The position numbers were made by a program, and so were the translations under genes. From the human T2T-CHM13v2.0 reference genome, Homo sapiens, in NCBI RefSeq assembly GCF_009914755.1, contig NC_060929.1: a stretch of 64,000 bases of DNA; one strand, given 5' to 3'. The notes below the pieces were generated by a model, which ran no database searches, was not told the origin of the DNA, and was given only the letters and a program-made list of their open reading frames with translations. Below are positions 18,806-31,417 of this stretch, in pieces (positions within the stretch are counted from its first letter, which is position 1; each line of letters begins with the position of its first letter).

Positions 18806-20095
18806 TAAGGGGTCTTCAAAAGGCTCATGGAAACTGCATATTATGAAAAAAGCTCTGCATGAATTTAAAAATGGCACCAAAATAAACTATATTAACTTGT
18901 AATAACATGTCTGAATGTTATCTAGTTTTGAGTCACTAAGAAGGATAAGACATCAGTTTGAAAACAACCCCCATCAGAGCAACATGCATTCTGCTAAAAT
19001 TGAACCAACAAGAATATTAAATTTATGATAAAGCTTGTGTGGAAGAATAGTGAAATTATCAATGTTTTACAAAAAGTTTATGGGGACAATGCCCTAAGGA
19101 AATCAGCAGTTTAAAATGAATAATTAGTTTTAAGAAAGGATGAGACCTTGAACATAATGTCCACAGTGGCAGACCATCCATATTGACGTGCAAGAAAAAT
19201 GTCTTGTTCTTGCCCTAATTGAAGAAGATCACTGAATAACTGCAGCAATAACAGCCAACACTATAAACATCTCAATTTATTTAGTTCACATAAATTCTTA
19301 CTGAAAAATTAAAGTTGAGCAAACTCCCCACTCAATGGATGCTAAAACTGTTATGCCCAGATCAGCTGCAGACAAGAATAGAGTTTTCAATGAAAATTTT
19401 AAACAAGTGGGTTCAAAATTGTGAAGCATTTCTTTGAATAATTTAACAGGAGATGTAACATAGCTTTACAAATACGATCTTGAAGGTGTAGTGGCGCAAT
19501 CAAAACAATGGCTACCAAGACATGGAAATGGTCCAGTCAAGACAAAAACAGGCCAGTCAAGAGCAAAGGTCACATGACAACAGTGTTTTGGGATGGATAC
19601 TCAAGGCATTTTGCTTGTTGACTTTCCAGAGGGCCAAATAATGATAACTTTGTTTATTATAAAAGAGTTTTGAGACAGCCAAAGCTTTCACAGAAAAATT
19701 CCTGTGAAACATTCACCAAAGAGTCCTTCTCTGCCATGATAATGGTCCTGCTCATTCCTCTCATCAAGCAAGGATAATTTTGTGAGAATTTCAATGGGAA
19801 ATTGTTAAGCAGCCCCTATACAGTACTGACTTGTCTCTTTCTAACTCATTTATGTTTCCTAATCTTGAAACGTTTGTAAAACACACCCCTTTTACAGTTA
19901 ATAATGAAAAAAATACTGCATTCACATGGTTAAATTCTTAGAACCCTCAGTTCTTTAGGCCTGGACTTAATGGCTGGTATCATCATATACAAAGGTGTGT
20001 TGAACTTTCTGGAACTTATGTTGAGAAGGAAAGTTTATATTGTTAATTTTTTTTTTATAATTCAGTTTTTTCACAAACATTTTTAAGTTCTCTCA
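18806..20095 (+). mobile_element. HSMAR2 mariner transposon, full length, decayed
   Basis: TIR aggggtcttcaaaaggctcatggaaa and degenerate right TIR, TA on both sides, ~1.29 kb. Confidence 0.92.
18984..20035 (+). pseudogene. HSMAR2 transposase remnant
   Basis: MHSAKIE start; D,D34D motif relics TGDVT, HDNGPAH, YSTDLSLSN; many stops and frameshifts. Confidence 0.85.
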
Positions 20096-20576
20096 TATGT
20101 ATTAGACAAAAGCAGTCTACACAGGGTGAGCTGTGCTGCACTCTGCCACTTCCTTTCCAGGCTTTCTTCACTGAAGGTTCAAGAGACTTTGAAGTCAAGT
20201 ACCCCTCAGTGGCATTATTACATATGTTTGAACATAACTTTGTGCACCTCTCTTCAGCATAGAAGGGAAAGATTGTGTTTCATTATTAGAATGGATTATG
20301 TCTATGAAACAGCCTGATAATGGCAGTGGTAAATAGTGAGAAACCTCAAGTGAAAGAGGAATTCAGAGCCAGAGACAGGATCACATGGCGGGGTCACCAT
20401 GGTGACTTTGTTCTAATCTTTTGGTGGAATTTGACCAACATGAGTTTCTACTTTATATTTTCAAAGAAGTTGAATATTATACATAGATGACTATTTTATA
20501 GAATAGGTGCAAATCTGTGTATATATTAAAAAGGAGAAATGCAACTATTTACTAATTTCAATAGGATATTTTAGAT

Positions 20577-20936
20577 TGTTATTAGTTCATTCTCATGCTG
20601 CTAATACAGACATACCTGAGACTGGGTAATTTATAAGGTAAAAGAAGTTTAATGCACTCACAGTTCCACATGGCTGGGGAGGCCTCACAATCATGGCAGA
20701 AGGCAAAGGAAAAGCAAAGTCACATCTTACATGGCAGCAGGCAAAAAAAGCTTGTGCAGGGGAACTCCTATTTATGAAACCAATGAGACCACCTGAGACT
20801 TACTCACTACCATGAGAACATTATGGGAGAAACCATCACCATGATTCTTTTATCTCCACCTGGCTCCACCCTTGACACATAGGAATTATTACAATTCAAG
20901 GTGAGATTTTGGTAGGGACACAGCCAAGCCATATGA
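20577..20936 (-). mobile_element. THE1-family MaLR solo LTR
   Basis: ctcatgctgctaat...gagactgggtaatttata...gggacacagccaagccata; 5-bp TSD tagat/gagat. Confidence 0.92.
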
Positions 20937-22389
20937 GAGATACAGAAGCACTTCAAGATAATTGACTTTATGTCAATATGATCATTTAAATTAGTAGAAA
21001 TACGGACTGAGTAAAACCATGGTAGACAGAAAAGCAAGTCATTTGTTCAATTAAAATCTGTCCATAATGTATACCGAAACAAGATATGGAGTCTATTAGT
21101 TTTGAATTGTTAAAGGGATCTAGGTAATCACTGTCTATAAAATGAAAACATAAAAGCTATAGTTATAAGTAAAATAGTAGATTAAATTTTATAAAATAGT
21201 ATCTACAAAATATTGACATATTTGTGAAATTCAAAATAAAGCTTTGTGAAGTCAATTTCAAGCAACTAAAATTAGACTATAATTCAACACTTCTTAAAAT
21301 ATAAAGGCTGATGTAAAAAAATTAATCATTTATATATAGCAGCTCATTTTAATTTGACTTAGGTACAAACATATGCATACACTTAATTTCTATGGTAATA
21401 TTTTATTTTAATGACTATGTCCAAACTGTAATTATATATGTGTGTGTGCTCTCCATGTGTAATATATATTTTATATGCATAATTTGTCTTATATGACCAG
21501 TTAATATAAATTATAACAAATTATATATGTATAATTTATTACCTCTAATGTCAATATCATTTACATATGATGCATAGTTACTGAGAATATAAAATAGTGT
21601 AAAAGATGTGAGAAAAAAATAAATATTTCTCCCAACATTACTTTTTCCAAGTAAATCTTTTTCCAAGTAAATAATTCATGTGTTGGATGATGTACCAAAA
21701 ATTAAAATATCCATTTTTCTCTACTTACAGAAGAAGAGTAAAATTTATTAAAATTTTTTTCTGAGATATTATTTTGAACATTTACTTTTCCATGTTAACT
21801 TTTGAATTGGCTTGCCAAGGTCTTTAAATTATCTTGTTGCTATTTTGATTAGGCTAGGTTGAATTTACAGATAAATATTGAGTATTGACATTATACAATA
21901 TTGTCTTCTGAACCACGAAATACAAATTCTCTCTCATTTACTCAGATTTTCTTAAGCGTTCTTTTACATTTTGATGTATGCAGCTAAATATCTTGAACAT
22001 TTTGTTACATTCATTTAGTCACTTGGTAGTATTGCTATAGTCATTTTTACTAATGTGAATTAATTTTCTTTTTTAACTGGTAGTTTCTAGTATATATATA
22101 AGGAAGGCATTATTTTTAATTAAGCTTTGTCTTTCCATCTAATTGAACTCTCTTGCCTCAAATGCTATATATTTTTTATTTCATTCTTCAGAAATATTTC
22201 TAAAAAGGGATTTTATTATCTATTAAATATTGTTTTTTTCACATCACAGGGCAAATGGGTATTTTATAAAATACATAATGGAATAAACATAAATCTATTC
22301 CATAAGATAATTAAATGGAGAACACGCTCTTTAGTTTTATTTTTTAAATACAATTCAACATTTATGTGAATTGTATTTAAAATACAATT

Positions 22390-22525
22390 CTCACCTCTAT
22401 GACTTCATCTAAACCTAATTACTTACCAAAGGCCCTACCTCTTAATTCCACCACATTGGTGGTTAAGGCTTCAATGTATGAATCTGGGGGAGATACATTT
22501 CAGTCCACTACAAATGCTAAATGGA
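22390..22525 (+). repeat. 136-bp direct copy of 23569-23704 (MLT1A end plus flank)
   Basis: Gapless hand alignment, 13 mismatches. Confidence 0.9.
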
Positions 22526-23315
22526 AAAGAATTCTCTTATGACACATTTCAAATCCAAAAATGTCCAACTTGATTTTCTAATGTAATTATAATATTCCTT
22601 GAGCAGGTATCAGAAGGGAGTGTAAAAAAATTTATAATTTTTAAAAGACAATATAAGTTATTGTGTATTAAATTAGTTGAATATCATATAAAGTAATAGC
22701 AGATGATACAATGTACCGTTAGTCTTCTCAAGGGCCATTTATATAAAGCATTTATCTTTATAAATCCACTATGCTCTCATAGACAAATAATTGCCTTAAA
22801 ATCATAGCCTTCAAATGACCTTCTCTTGCTTAAGCATCACAAAAAATATTACTACCTACTTATGAAAAGTGAAACAGAATTTTTACATTTCTTATTCACA
22901 TTTTCTTTTTACTTATGTTTTCACTCAAAAAATAATAATATGGTTTCTTTTTCCATATAAAAAGAAAGTTGTACCCTAGAACAATTTTGCAAAATATCTG
23001 CTCTAGGGGTCAAAACAGGTGAAGCTTTGTGAATGATTTTACACTCTCCTGATTGTCATTTTATATAATTTCTTTTCAAAATCAAAAGTCAAACAGGAAA
23101 ATTACTCCTATCCACTGGCCTATGCACTCCACCAGCATTGATTTCTTTTTGCAAAGGAAAGCAAGTGTGCCTTATAACTTGCATGCTCTGAAAATCATTT
23201 ATATAGAAGCAAAAAAAAAAAAAAAACTTGCAAAAGCTTTGAAAGGACATTATTGCGTAAGGGCTCCTTTAAGCACATTTTCACATTCAAAGAAATAACA
23301 TGGATTTTCAATGAA

Positions 23316-23691
23316 TGCTCTTAATCAGCTAAGGTTACTATAACAAAATACCATACAGTGGGTGGCTTAAACAACAGACATTTATTTCTCACAGTTTTGG
23401 ATGTTGGTAAGTCCAAAATCAAAGTGTCAACAGGTTTGGTTCCTGGTGAAGTCTCACTTCCTGCCTTGCTGATGGCTGCCTTCTTGCTTTATCCTCACAT
23501 GGTAGAAAGACAGAGAGAACTCTGGTGTCTTCCTTTGATTATAAGAACACTAATCTCACCATGCAAGCCTCACCTCTATGACCTCATCTAAACCTAATTA
23601 CTTACCAAAGACCCCACTTCTAAATTCCATCACATTGAGGGTTAAGGCTTCAACATATGAATTTGGAGGAGATACATTTCAGTCCGCTACA
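23316..23691 (-). mobile_element. MLT1A/MLT1A0 solo LTR
   Basis: ataacaaaataccata...ggtggcttaaacaacagacatttatttctcacag...cattTcagtccgctaca. Confidence 0.9.
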
Positions 23692-23931
23692 AATGCTAAA
23701 TGGATGTTTGTTTTAATTTTCAGGATGTTGACAATCATACAAATTATTGACATTAAATATTTGTTATTTTTATGTTGATAATTTGGATATCAAAAATTAT
23801 TTCATGAAATAATGTCTTTTTATAATAAATCATTTCATTTGCTTATTAAAAATGAATAGTTTAACACATGGATAAGCAAAGAGAGTAAGTTAAAGTCACA
23901 TAAAATAAATACTGCAGTATCTCACAGCATA

Positions 23932-24825
23932 TATTTTATTTTATATATTTATTTTTAATTTTGGTGGGTATAGTAGGTATACATATTTATGGGGTACATG
24001 AGATATTTTTATACAGGCGTACAATGCACAATAATCACATCTGGGTAAATAGAGTATCCATTACCTCAAGAATTTGTCCATTCTTTGTGTTACATGCAAT
24101 CCTATTATACTCTTTTAGTTATTTTTAAATGTACAGTAAGTTATTGTTGACTGCAGTCACTCTGTTGTGTTATCAAATATTAGATCTTATTCATTCTTCC
24201 TAATTATATTGTGTACCCATTGACCATCCCTAACCATCATTCCACTCTCTATCACCAGGGGTTCAATTGTTTTAATTTTTAGCTCCAACAAATAAGTGAT
24301 TGTGGGGGTTCAGTCATGATGGTGGGAAAAATTTTAGCTACAGAGAATATACACAAACCCTTTAGGAAGGCCTGGGAGTTTTTACATATAGTACTTGGCT
24401 GAAGGCAGCCTTGTCCTTTTAATTAAATAAATTAGAGTAGAAACAAAGGAATGTGGGGAGTTTGTCTAACTAGCTTGTTTACTCATGTGGTCCTAAGACT
24501 AACCTTTGATCTACCACGGGTGCTTAATTGCTTTCTACTCCGGAAGTCTGCAATATCAATTACCCTCTAGTGGGGTTGGCTCAAGCCTTTGTCAATTAAT
24601 CCTTACTAAATAAATGTGAGTCTCACTGGCTGGTCAGGGCTGTGGTTGCAACTGTTTACAGCACTCTGCTTGGAATCTGTTAAGGGGCCCGGACGCTCAG
24701 TTGGACTGGCAAAGCAGAATATCTGTGTGTCAGTGTACTTTATTCATCTGTTGTTGGGTCAGGGTCTGTGAGTCAGACCCCCATAAGTAAGAAGATGTGA
24801 AATTTCTATTACTGTGCCTGGCTCT
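23932..24825 (-). mobile_element. L1MA2-4-like 3' end, split by LTR22
   Basis: ttatggggtacatgagatatttt...tatactcttttagttatttttaaatgtaca; resumes at 24784. Confidence 0.85.
24301..24783 (+). mobile_element. LTR22-family solo LTR (HERV-K22/HML-5)
   Basis: TGtgggggttcagtca...ggtgggaaaaatttta start, cagacccccCA end, AATAAA, approximate duplication taagtga/taagtaa. Confidence 0.85.
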
Positions 24826-25110
24826 GTATACATTTAAAACCTTTTCAGATGACATATTTCTTGCTTTTTCATAAGTTATCATCTTCATGTAATTTATGGC
24901 ATTATGTACTTTATAAAACATTGCTTTTGATGGGTTTATGAAAGACAATTGCTCAGAGGAGCAATTATTTATCTAAGCATTGCCTAATTATTTACATTTC
25001 CACTGTTTCTGTAGATGATTTAGTGAATAGAACTCAATTACAAAATCCTGTTGAAAGTTGACTCAATTTTTATTATAAAGCAATTGTGAGCAATTTTGGA
25101 CAAAGAAGAC

Positions 25111-25809
25111 TGTAGTTGTTAATAACAGGCATCAACTTGACTGAACTGAGGGAGCCTAGATGGCTGATGAAGCACTGTTCCTGGGTGTGTATGTGAGGGT
25201 ATTTGCTGGAGGAGATTGATATTTGAGTTAGTGGACTGGGAAAGGAAGACCAGCCCTCAGTGTGGGTGGGCACCATTGAATTGGCTCCCAGTGCATGTAG
25301 AATAAAGCAGGTAGAAGAAGGTGATAAGTAGCTTGCTTGCTGGGTCTGCTTGCTATCTCTCTTTCCCCACTGTGCCAGATGGTTTGCTTCCTCTCCTCCT
25401 GCCCTTGGGCATCAGACTCCAGGTTGTTTGACCTTCAGATGCTGAGAAGTGCACCCATCTCGGGTGCATGACTCTTGGGCATTCTACCTCAGACTGATGG
25501 CTGCACAGTCAATTTCCCTGGTTTTAAGGCTTTCAGACTTGGGACTTGGACTGAGCCAGGCTACTGGCTTCTCTCTTTCCCCAGCTTACAGATTACCTAT
25601 TTTGGAACATTATCTTGTAATTCTGTGAGCCAATTCTCCCTAATAAACTTTTATATATATATATAAATGTTTGCCTGAGAAAATAGCAATAGCCTCTTCT
25701 GAGGCAGTTGCCAGGCAAGATAATGCTGCTTCTCCTCAGGATTCAACCTCACCACACCTCTTTGCCTGTAGACCTTTAACTTATATAATAAATCTATTAC
25801 CTAATAAAC

Positions 25810-25855
<46 letters not shown>

Positions 25856-25897
25856 ATCCTATTGTGTCTGCCTCTCTGGAGAACTGTGACTAATACA
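25111..25897 (+). mobile_element. MLT2A/B 5' LTR of HERVL, with inserted internal fragment and (TA)(TG) microsatellite
   Basis: gtggactgggaaaggaagacc...gtgggtgggcacca; ends ctggagaac...actaataca. Confidence 0.9.
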
Positions 25898-26912
25898 GAT
25901 TTTGATATGAGGAACTGGCTTATACAGGTTCTAGGGAAATAGAAGTTTAAGGATGAATTTCCTTAGTTGGTTTTGGGTTTTAGAAGTTGGCTCTCTAATT
26001 TGACTAAACCTAAAAACTCTAAGGACTCTGCTTCTAATAGTACAGAGAACATTGACAGTCCCTAGCTTGAGCTGTTTTTAGAGTTATGCAAAATAAATGC
26101 ATGTGATACTTTTGGTTCACTACTACTGAGAAGAAAGGAATTTAGTGACTGTATACGTGATACTTTCGAACATTTGTGGAAAACCAAGAAATAATGAAGT
26201 TGGTTGGTCCTAAGTTCACTGGACAAAGTGAAGAAAGATAAAGATGAGCTAAGGGATTCTAACTCCTTGCTGCAGAGGCACATACCTAGCCTAAAAGTTT
26301 CTAAGGGTGCCCAGTGAGAATCTTCTCTTCTGTAGACAAAGGGTTTAAATTTCTGAAAAATCAAACACAAGCTCTTATCTGTGAGTGGCTGGCTAACAAC
26401 AAATGGTGAACTCTCAGCCTTGCTGAGTGTTTACTGTTAAAGTGAGAGCATTGGCTGGGAAAAAAATGGACCCTGTAATTTGGAATGGAGATATATGGGA
26501 GGACCCTGATGAAGCTGGGGACACAGAGCTCCTAAATTCTGATGAGCTAATTTTGCCAGAGGAAGAGACCTCTCTACATTCCATGATGGCAACATCCCCT
26601 CCCTGACCCAGAATGGTATCAGCTTTTCCACCTTTTTCTGAGGATATTAACCCTGCATTGCCTGAGGAAATAGTAATAGCTTCCCCTGAGACAGTTGCCA
26701 GACAAGTCAATGCTGATTCTCCTCAGGGACCACCCCCATCACCCTTCTTTGCTTCTAGACCTGTAACTAGACTCAAGTCCCAGCAGGCCCCTGGAAGTGT
26801 GGAAGTGTGGCTAAGAGCGCTACCCACGAGCAGGTCTATGCTCCAAAAGAACTGCTTGAATTTTCTAATTTATATCAGCAGATGTCTGAAGAACAGAATG
26901 GGTATGGATATT
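25898..26912 (+). mobile_element. HERVL/ERVL internal 5' part (leader and decayed gag)
   Basis: Directly follows LTR; DPVIWNGDIWEDPDEAGDTELLNSDE and SEDINPALPE gag-like peptides. Confidence 0.88.
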
Positions 26913-26914
26913 AA

Positions 26915-27173
26915 TGAGATGGGTTTGGATGTTTTGTCCCCTTCAAATTTTACATTGAAATGTGACCTCCAATTTGGCAGTGGGCTTAGTGGGAGGTGTT
27001 TGGGTCATGACAACTGGTCCCTCATGAATGCCTTAGTCCTATCCCGAAGATAAGGAGTGAGTCCTTGCTCAGTTAGCTCATGTGAGATCTGGTGGTTTAA
27101 GGAGTCTGGACCTTCCCCTTCTCTGTCTTGCTTTAGCTCTTGCCCTGTGGCATGACTTCCCCTGCTTTGCCTT
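26915..27173 (+). mobile_element. MST-family MaLR LTR, 3'-truncated
   Basis: ggtttggatgttttgtcccc...gggaggtgtttgggtcatg...gtgagatctggtggtttaa. Confidence 0.82.
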
Positions 27174-28422
27174 TGAAAGCACAGCAACATGAAATAATCG
27201 AAGATTAGATTTAACTTTAGCTTTGCTTTGTCCATTGTCAGAACCAAGCATCAACAATATCTTCACATCTGTTGTCAATTTATGTCAGACTATATGATCC
27301 TGTGTCTATATGAATTATTTTTCATTTGTAATAATTTTGAATGAACTACATATTCTTGTAAACTGTGAAATAATTAATAAATAAATCCTGCATTCATAGG
27401 TGCATTATTTAGTGTGACTGATTATAAACATACATGTACATACACAGAGTTGTATGTGTTAACAGTTTTGCTGATGAAGAAACTGAGGCACAAAATTTTT
27501 AAATAAATTTTCCAATTTTATAAAGGGAGTGAGAGAGCAGGATTGAAAATCTAATTGCTTTCCTCTCAATCCTGCTGTAAACAATACCTTTCCCACAAAG
27601 TTTAAAACATCATATTTTCACATGTTTTGAGAAAAGTAAATATTTTCATAATAACCCTCTGTGGTATTTTCAATTTAATGCCTTGGTTAAAAAAATTAGT
27701 TTGAGACAGTAGCATAAAATATGTTGGACTTTGAAAGGTTAAGAAGGTATCTCAGAAATCATTTCCTCTGACCTCTCATTAGATGTCAAGAAACAAACAA
27801 CATGACACTCTGGTTCAAGGAGACTTTTAGTAAAATAGGAGTTAGCAAAACCACAATGGAATTAATTCACACAGCAAACATTAATTGAATGAATATAACC
27901 CCTGGCAGGTTAAGACATCTTGGAAGAAGAAATCTTAAGATCTGCTATGATTGCAAATTAGTTGATACAGCATGAAAATAGACCTACTACTTACTATATT
28001 GTGCTATTGGGAATGAAGAAACATTTTACAATGGAATCATCTCCACTGCAAGTGAGTTTTCAAAAGATTAATACCCTAGGGATATTGAAAAGTAAACCCA
28101 GTGAAATGATTATGAAGCATACAAACCATGACTGCTGATTGTAGTCCTAATACAGAATGCTTCTAGAGAGTTTTAACGAAGGCTGAAAGAACTTCATGTA
28201 ACAATACATCCCTTTATGTAACAATGAGAAAATCTGAGAGAAGTCAATAAGAGTGTTCACAGTGGCATTCAGGATGTTTTCTCTAACCTATAAAATAAAT
28301 TTATTAAGTCAAAAAGTAACAGATAAAACATTTTAAATAATTTGGAATTGCATGCTGATCTGTATATTTTATTTAAAATAAAATTAAAGCTGAGTTTAAT
28401 ATTAAAATAACCAACATACTTT

Positions 28423-28498
28423 GGGGTCCTCCATTCATTGGGGTCCTCCCACACATCTCCATTCCAAATTACAGGGTCCATTTTTTTCCCAGCCATTT
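28423..28498 (-). repeat. Inverted HERVL gag snippet between 28-bp direct repeats
   Basis: 28434-28495 is the reverse complement of 26452-26513 (58/62). Confidence 0.9.
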
Positions 28499-29101
28499 TT
28501 TAATACTAAAATAACCAACATACTTTAAACTGTAAAAATTTCTGTGTTTTACATTAAAAACTTTGAAGGCAAACCCTAAAAATATGAACATAGCGTGATG
28601 TGAACCCACAAATGTTTGATTACTTTTAGGAATATATTAAAGCATCATATTAAAATTTTGCTTTAGAGTATGCCCTTAGTTTTTGAGGATATATGTGTAT
28701 TGAGCATGAAAGCTAATTATACTGCTTATATCCAAGATGTCAATCCAGCAGCTTTTATTACTTAACCATATAGAGAGAGAAAAGGAAGGCAAAAAACATA
28801 AGTGTTTTTGAAAATTGGCACGTTTTTGTAAAATATTTAATTATTTCCAATTAAGCTACCCAAAATCTATACAAAGTTCAGAGAATTCATATAAAAAGTA
28901 AAATTAAATTATAAGTAAATGAATATCTAATACTAAAGATTGCTTTTTATTTTAAACAATTGTAGACCATTAAATTTTTTCATATATAGCTTAAAACTAT
29001 CACATACTAATTCTTTATAATGACAGCTGTAACATGAAATAAGGATTGCAATGATACATCTTTTAAACATAGATGTACCTTTCTCTCTTTATACATTGCT
29101 T

Positions 29102-29585
29102 TGTAGCAGGTATTTCTTTAATGTAGTACTTCAGTGCATACTGCAGTAACTTATGGCAGCAAACATGTGGTCTCTTTGACTTAAGATTTATCTGGTTTCA
29201 GTATCACGCTTGGTCATTCAAATTAGACTGGAAGTAGCAGGGCAATGCTTCTTAGCAGGGCAATACTCCCTGGTTTCCAGGGAAACCAGGAAGCAACTTT
29301 CAACCAATGACTGATGATAATAGTTGTATACATACCCCAGTAGCTCTCCCCTGTGGCAGGGAGTAATTCTGAGATGTATATTCTAAACTGACTTAAAGAA
29401 TTTTCTCAACAAAGTTAAGCTTCAGTCACCCACAGTGGTAGCTGTTTTCACAAATTCACTTACATTAGCCATTATTTTTCTGTCTCTTCTCATATCACCT
29501 TCGCTCCCAAAGCATTATATATCCCACCTTTGTAACAGACGCATTTCACACAGATCTTTGCTTCTGGGAAATTCAATCATAGACA
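29102..29585 (+). mobile_element. LTR16-family (ERVL) LTR
   Basis: caaccaatgactgatg...ataccccag...cacccacagtggta...tgcttctgggaa...agaca; 5' boundary approximate. Confidence 0.7.
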
Positions 29586-29941
29586 CACCCTCCACCAATA
29601 TTCTGACTTGCAATATTACTGTTATCTAAGACAAAGTCTAGACCTTTCAGGGCAATTCCAATGGTGAGGATATAATTACTTCCTGAGCCTGAATCTCAAA
29701 ATGCAAAGAGTATGGCATTAGTAAGACAGGTAAATATCTTGACTGTTTGAATCCAAACAAACATTAACTATAGACTTGAGTTCCATTTTATCATTACATT
29801 GTCAGTAAGAAAAATCTATTTTGCTTTCCTCAAAGTAATTTATTTTTAGATCTATATTTATCAAGCAAGTTATTTCAAATAACTGTGAATTGCCATGAAC
29901 TTTCATGTGAGGGTATTTTCACAGTGATGGTATTTATTACT

Positions 29942-30334
29942 TGTGGTGGATTAAAGATAGGCACTTATCTTTTTGGCACTGTTAACCTATTGAGGTGAGG
30001 TCTACTTACCTCCTCTTGAATCTGATCAGAGTTTTGGACTGCTGTGAGAATTTTATGGCAGAAGTGACTCTGTGCTAGTTTCCAGGCCCAGTTCTGTCTC
30101 CTGGAGTCCAGCCATCATGCCGTGAGAAAGCACAAGCAGCCTATAGAGAAATCCCTATGGAGAGGAACCTCCCCGCTGCCTACTGGAAGAGTCAATCCAG
30201 CAAACAGCTGCCAGCCATAGTCAACTTGAATGTAGATCCTCAGGGACCAGTAGAGCTTCCCTGTTGATAATCCACGGAACAGTATTAAGCTGCCCAGCAG
30301 ATCTTAATCAATGGCCCACAAAAGAAAGAGTACA
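29942..30334 (+). mobile_element. MLT1F/G/H-like LTR, 3'-truncated
   Basis: tgtggtggattaaagat...atggcagaagtgac...gtgagaaagcacaagcagcc...tggagaggaac. Confidence 0.8.
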
Positions 30335-30517
30335 GAGGGTGTGTCTATGATTGAATTTCCCAGAAGCAAAGATCTGTGTGAAATGCGTCTGTTACAAAGG
30401 TGGGATATATAATGCTTTGGGAGCGAAGGTGATATGAGAAGAGACAGAAAAATAATGGCTAATGTAAGTGAATTTGTGAAAACAGCTACCACTGTGGGTG
30501 ATTGAAGCTTAACTTTG
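30335..30517 (-). repeat. 183-bp inverted copy of 29410-29592
   Basis: 182/183 identity; the same peptide appears in ORFs 29435+ and 30304-. Confidence 0.97.
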
Positions 30518-30531
30518 AGGCTTAACTTTAG

Positions 30532-31417
<886 letters not shown>

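Noticed and set aside
25130-25150. DUX4 site in the MLT2 LTR
   Set aside because: Reads tgactgaactga, too degenerate relative to TGATTRRRTTA
26613-27053. 146-aa ORF as a domesticated ERVL gag
   Set aside because: Short open stretch of decayed gag running into an MST LTR; upstream gag has stops
28395-28526. Repeat-spacer-repeat with virus-derived spacer, as CRISPR-like
   Set aside because: Single unit in primate DNA, no array or cas genes; better explained as a repair scar
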